A stretch of DNA of 64,000 bases from Eledone cirrhosa (taxonomy: Eukaryota): positions 23,622,001 through 23,686,000 of the forward strand of contig OZ024747.1 of NCBI GenBank assembly GCA_964016885.1, written 5' to 3'. The translations under genes and the position numbers were made by a program. The notes beneath the pieces were generated by a model. It had not been told where the DNA came from. It did no database searches and saw nothing but the letters and a program-made list of their open reading frames with translations. Shown piece after piece: positions 63,093 through 64,000 of the stretch (the first letter of the stretch is position 1; each line of letters starts with the position of its first letter).

Positions 63093-64000
63093 TCTGATAA
63101 TATTAATGTAATATTTATATATAATGATACAAGTGTGTGTGTATGTGTGTGTGTGTGTGCATGCTGTTAGATTAATATCAGTCTATTAGTTACTATTACA
63201 ATGACTCTACATCTCGTTATAAATATGCTCGTTTATATCTGAAATTAGTGCACTGGTAAAGCTTTCAAGTAGCAACCACAAGTTAGTCATTTCAAGTTCT
63301 CTTCACGCTCACTGCTTGACTTTTGGGCAGTAATTGGAGGCTGAAACTGGTAGGCAGATGAAGTAAGATGCTCTCAAACCTTATTAGTTTATACTGATAT
63401 CTGTTCAGTTAAAAACATGTGAACATAAAACTAAGTGAGATTTTAACTCTTAATGTCCTGTACTGCATGAAACAGCATTAGCAAAACATTCTTTAAAAAA
63501 AAAGCACTATAACTGTATCACATTAAAGATTGAAATCTTTACAGTAATACTGCAAATTTTCACAACGATTTGTCCAATCTGTAAATACACCATCTGAATT
63601 AACAAATCACATAAAATCACTTTAGCAAGTCATTCTTAAAAATACAAACAGCATTATGATTGCATCACTTTAAAAATTGAAATCTTTATGCTAATACTGC
63701 AAATTTTCACAACGATCTGTCAGACAGTAAAGATACTATAAATTGCTGTTAATGTATCTTTACTATTTAACAGTAAAAATACTATAAATTAACAGACCTC
63801 ATTTTTTTTTTAGCTATTCTCTGTTAATTTGTCATAGGATGTTAAGAGTTAAACAGTTCATTTATATTTTATGAAACTGAATATTTTGAGCAAGTTATCT
63901 ATCTAAAAATGCAGCTCTTTATGAATTGATTTTGTCAAGAATAAGCTGTGATATAAATGAATAGAACTTTGGAAAAGCGCATCAATGTCTATCCAGGGTA

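Overview
AT-rich, repeat-dense, intron-containing animal DNA. The SINE/RTE-LINE landscape and microsatellites suggest a coleoid cephalopod, probably an octopus (inference). Four protein-coding genes were reconstructed by hand from splice sites and reading frames. (1) A Rab32/38-family GTPase on + (5 coding exons, 2834-22082; start exon not identified), whose first visible intron is a U12-type (minor spliceosome) GT-AG intron. (2) SMNDC1/SPF30 on - (7 exons, 45114-31326, 244 aa), whose longest intron hides a well-formed 63-nt cassette exon with an in-frame stop, a candidate NMD poison exon. (3) TTC32 on - (3 exons, 53136-49725, 153 aa). (4) B4GAT1-like glucuronyltransferase on + (single-exon CDS, 61848-63092). 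The rest is RTE-clade LINE fragments (some in inverted pairs), two tRNA-derived SINE families, hAT/Tc1-mariner/piggyBac-like MITEs, minisatellites (42, 34, 21 and 15 bp units) and many perfect or near-perfect fold-back palindromes. Most ORFs in the supplied track are microsatellite or antisense artefacts.
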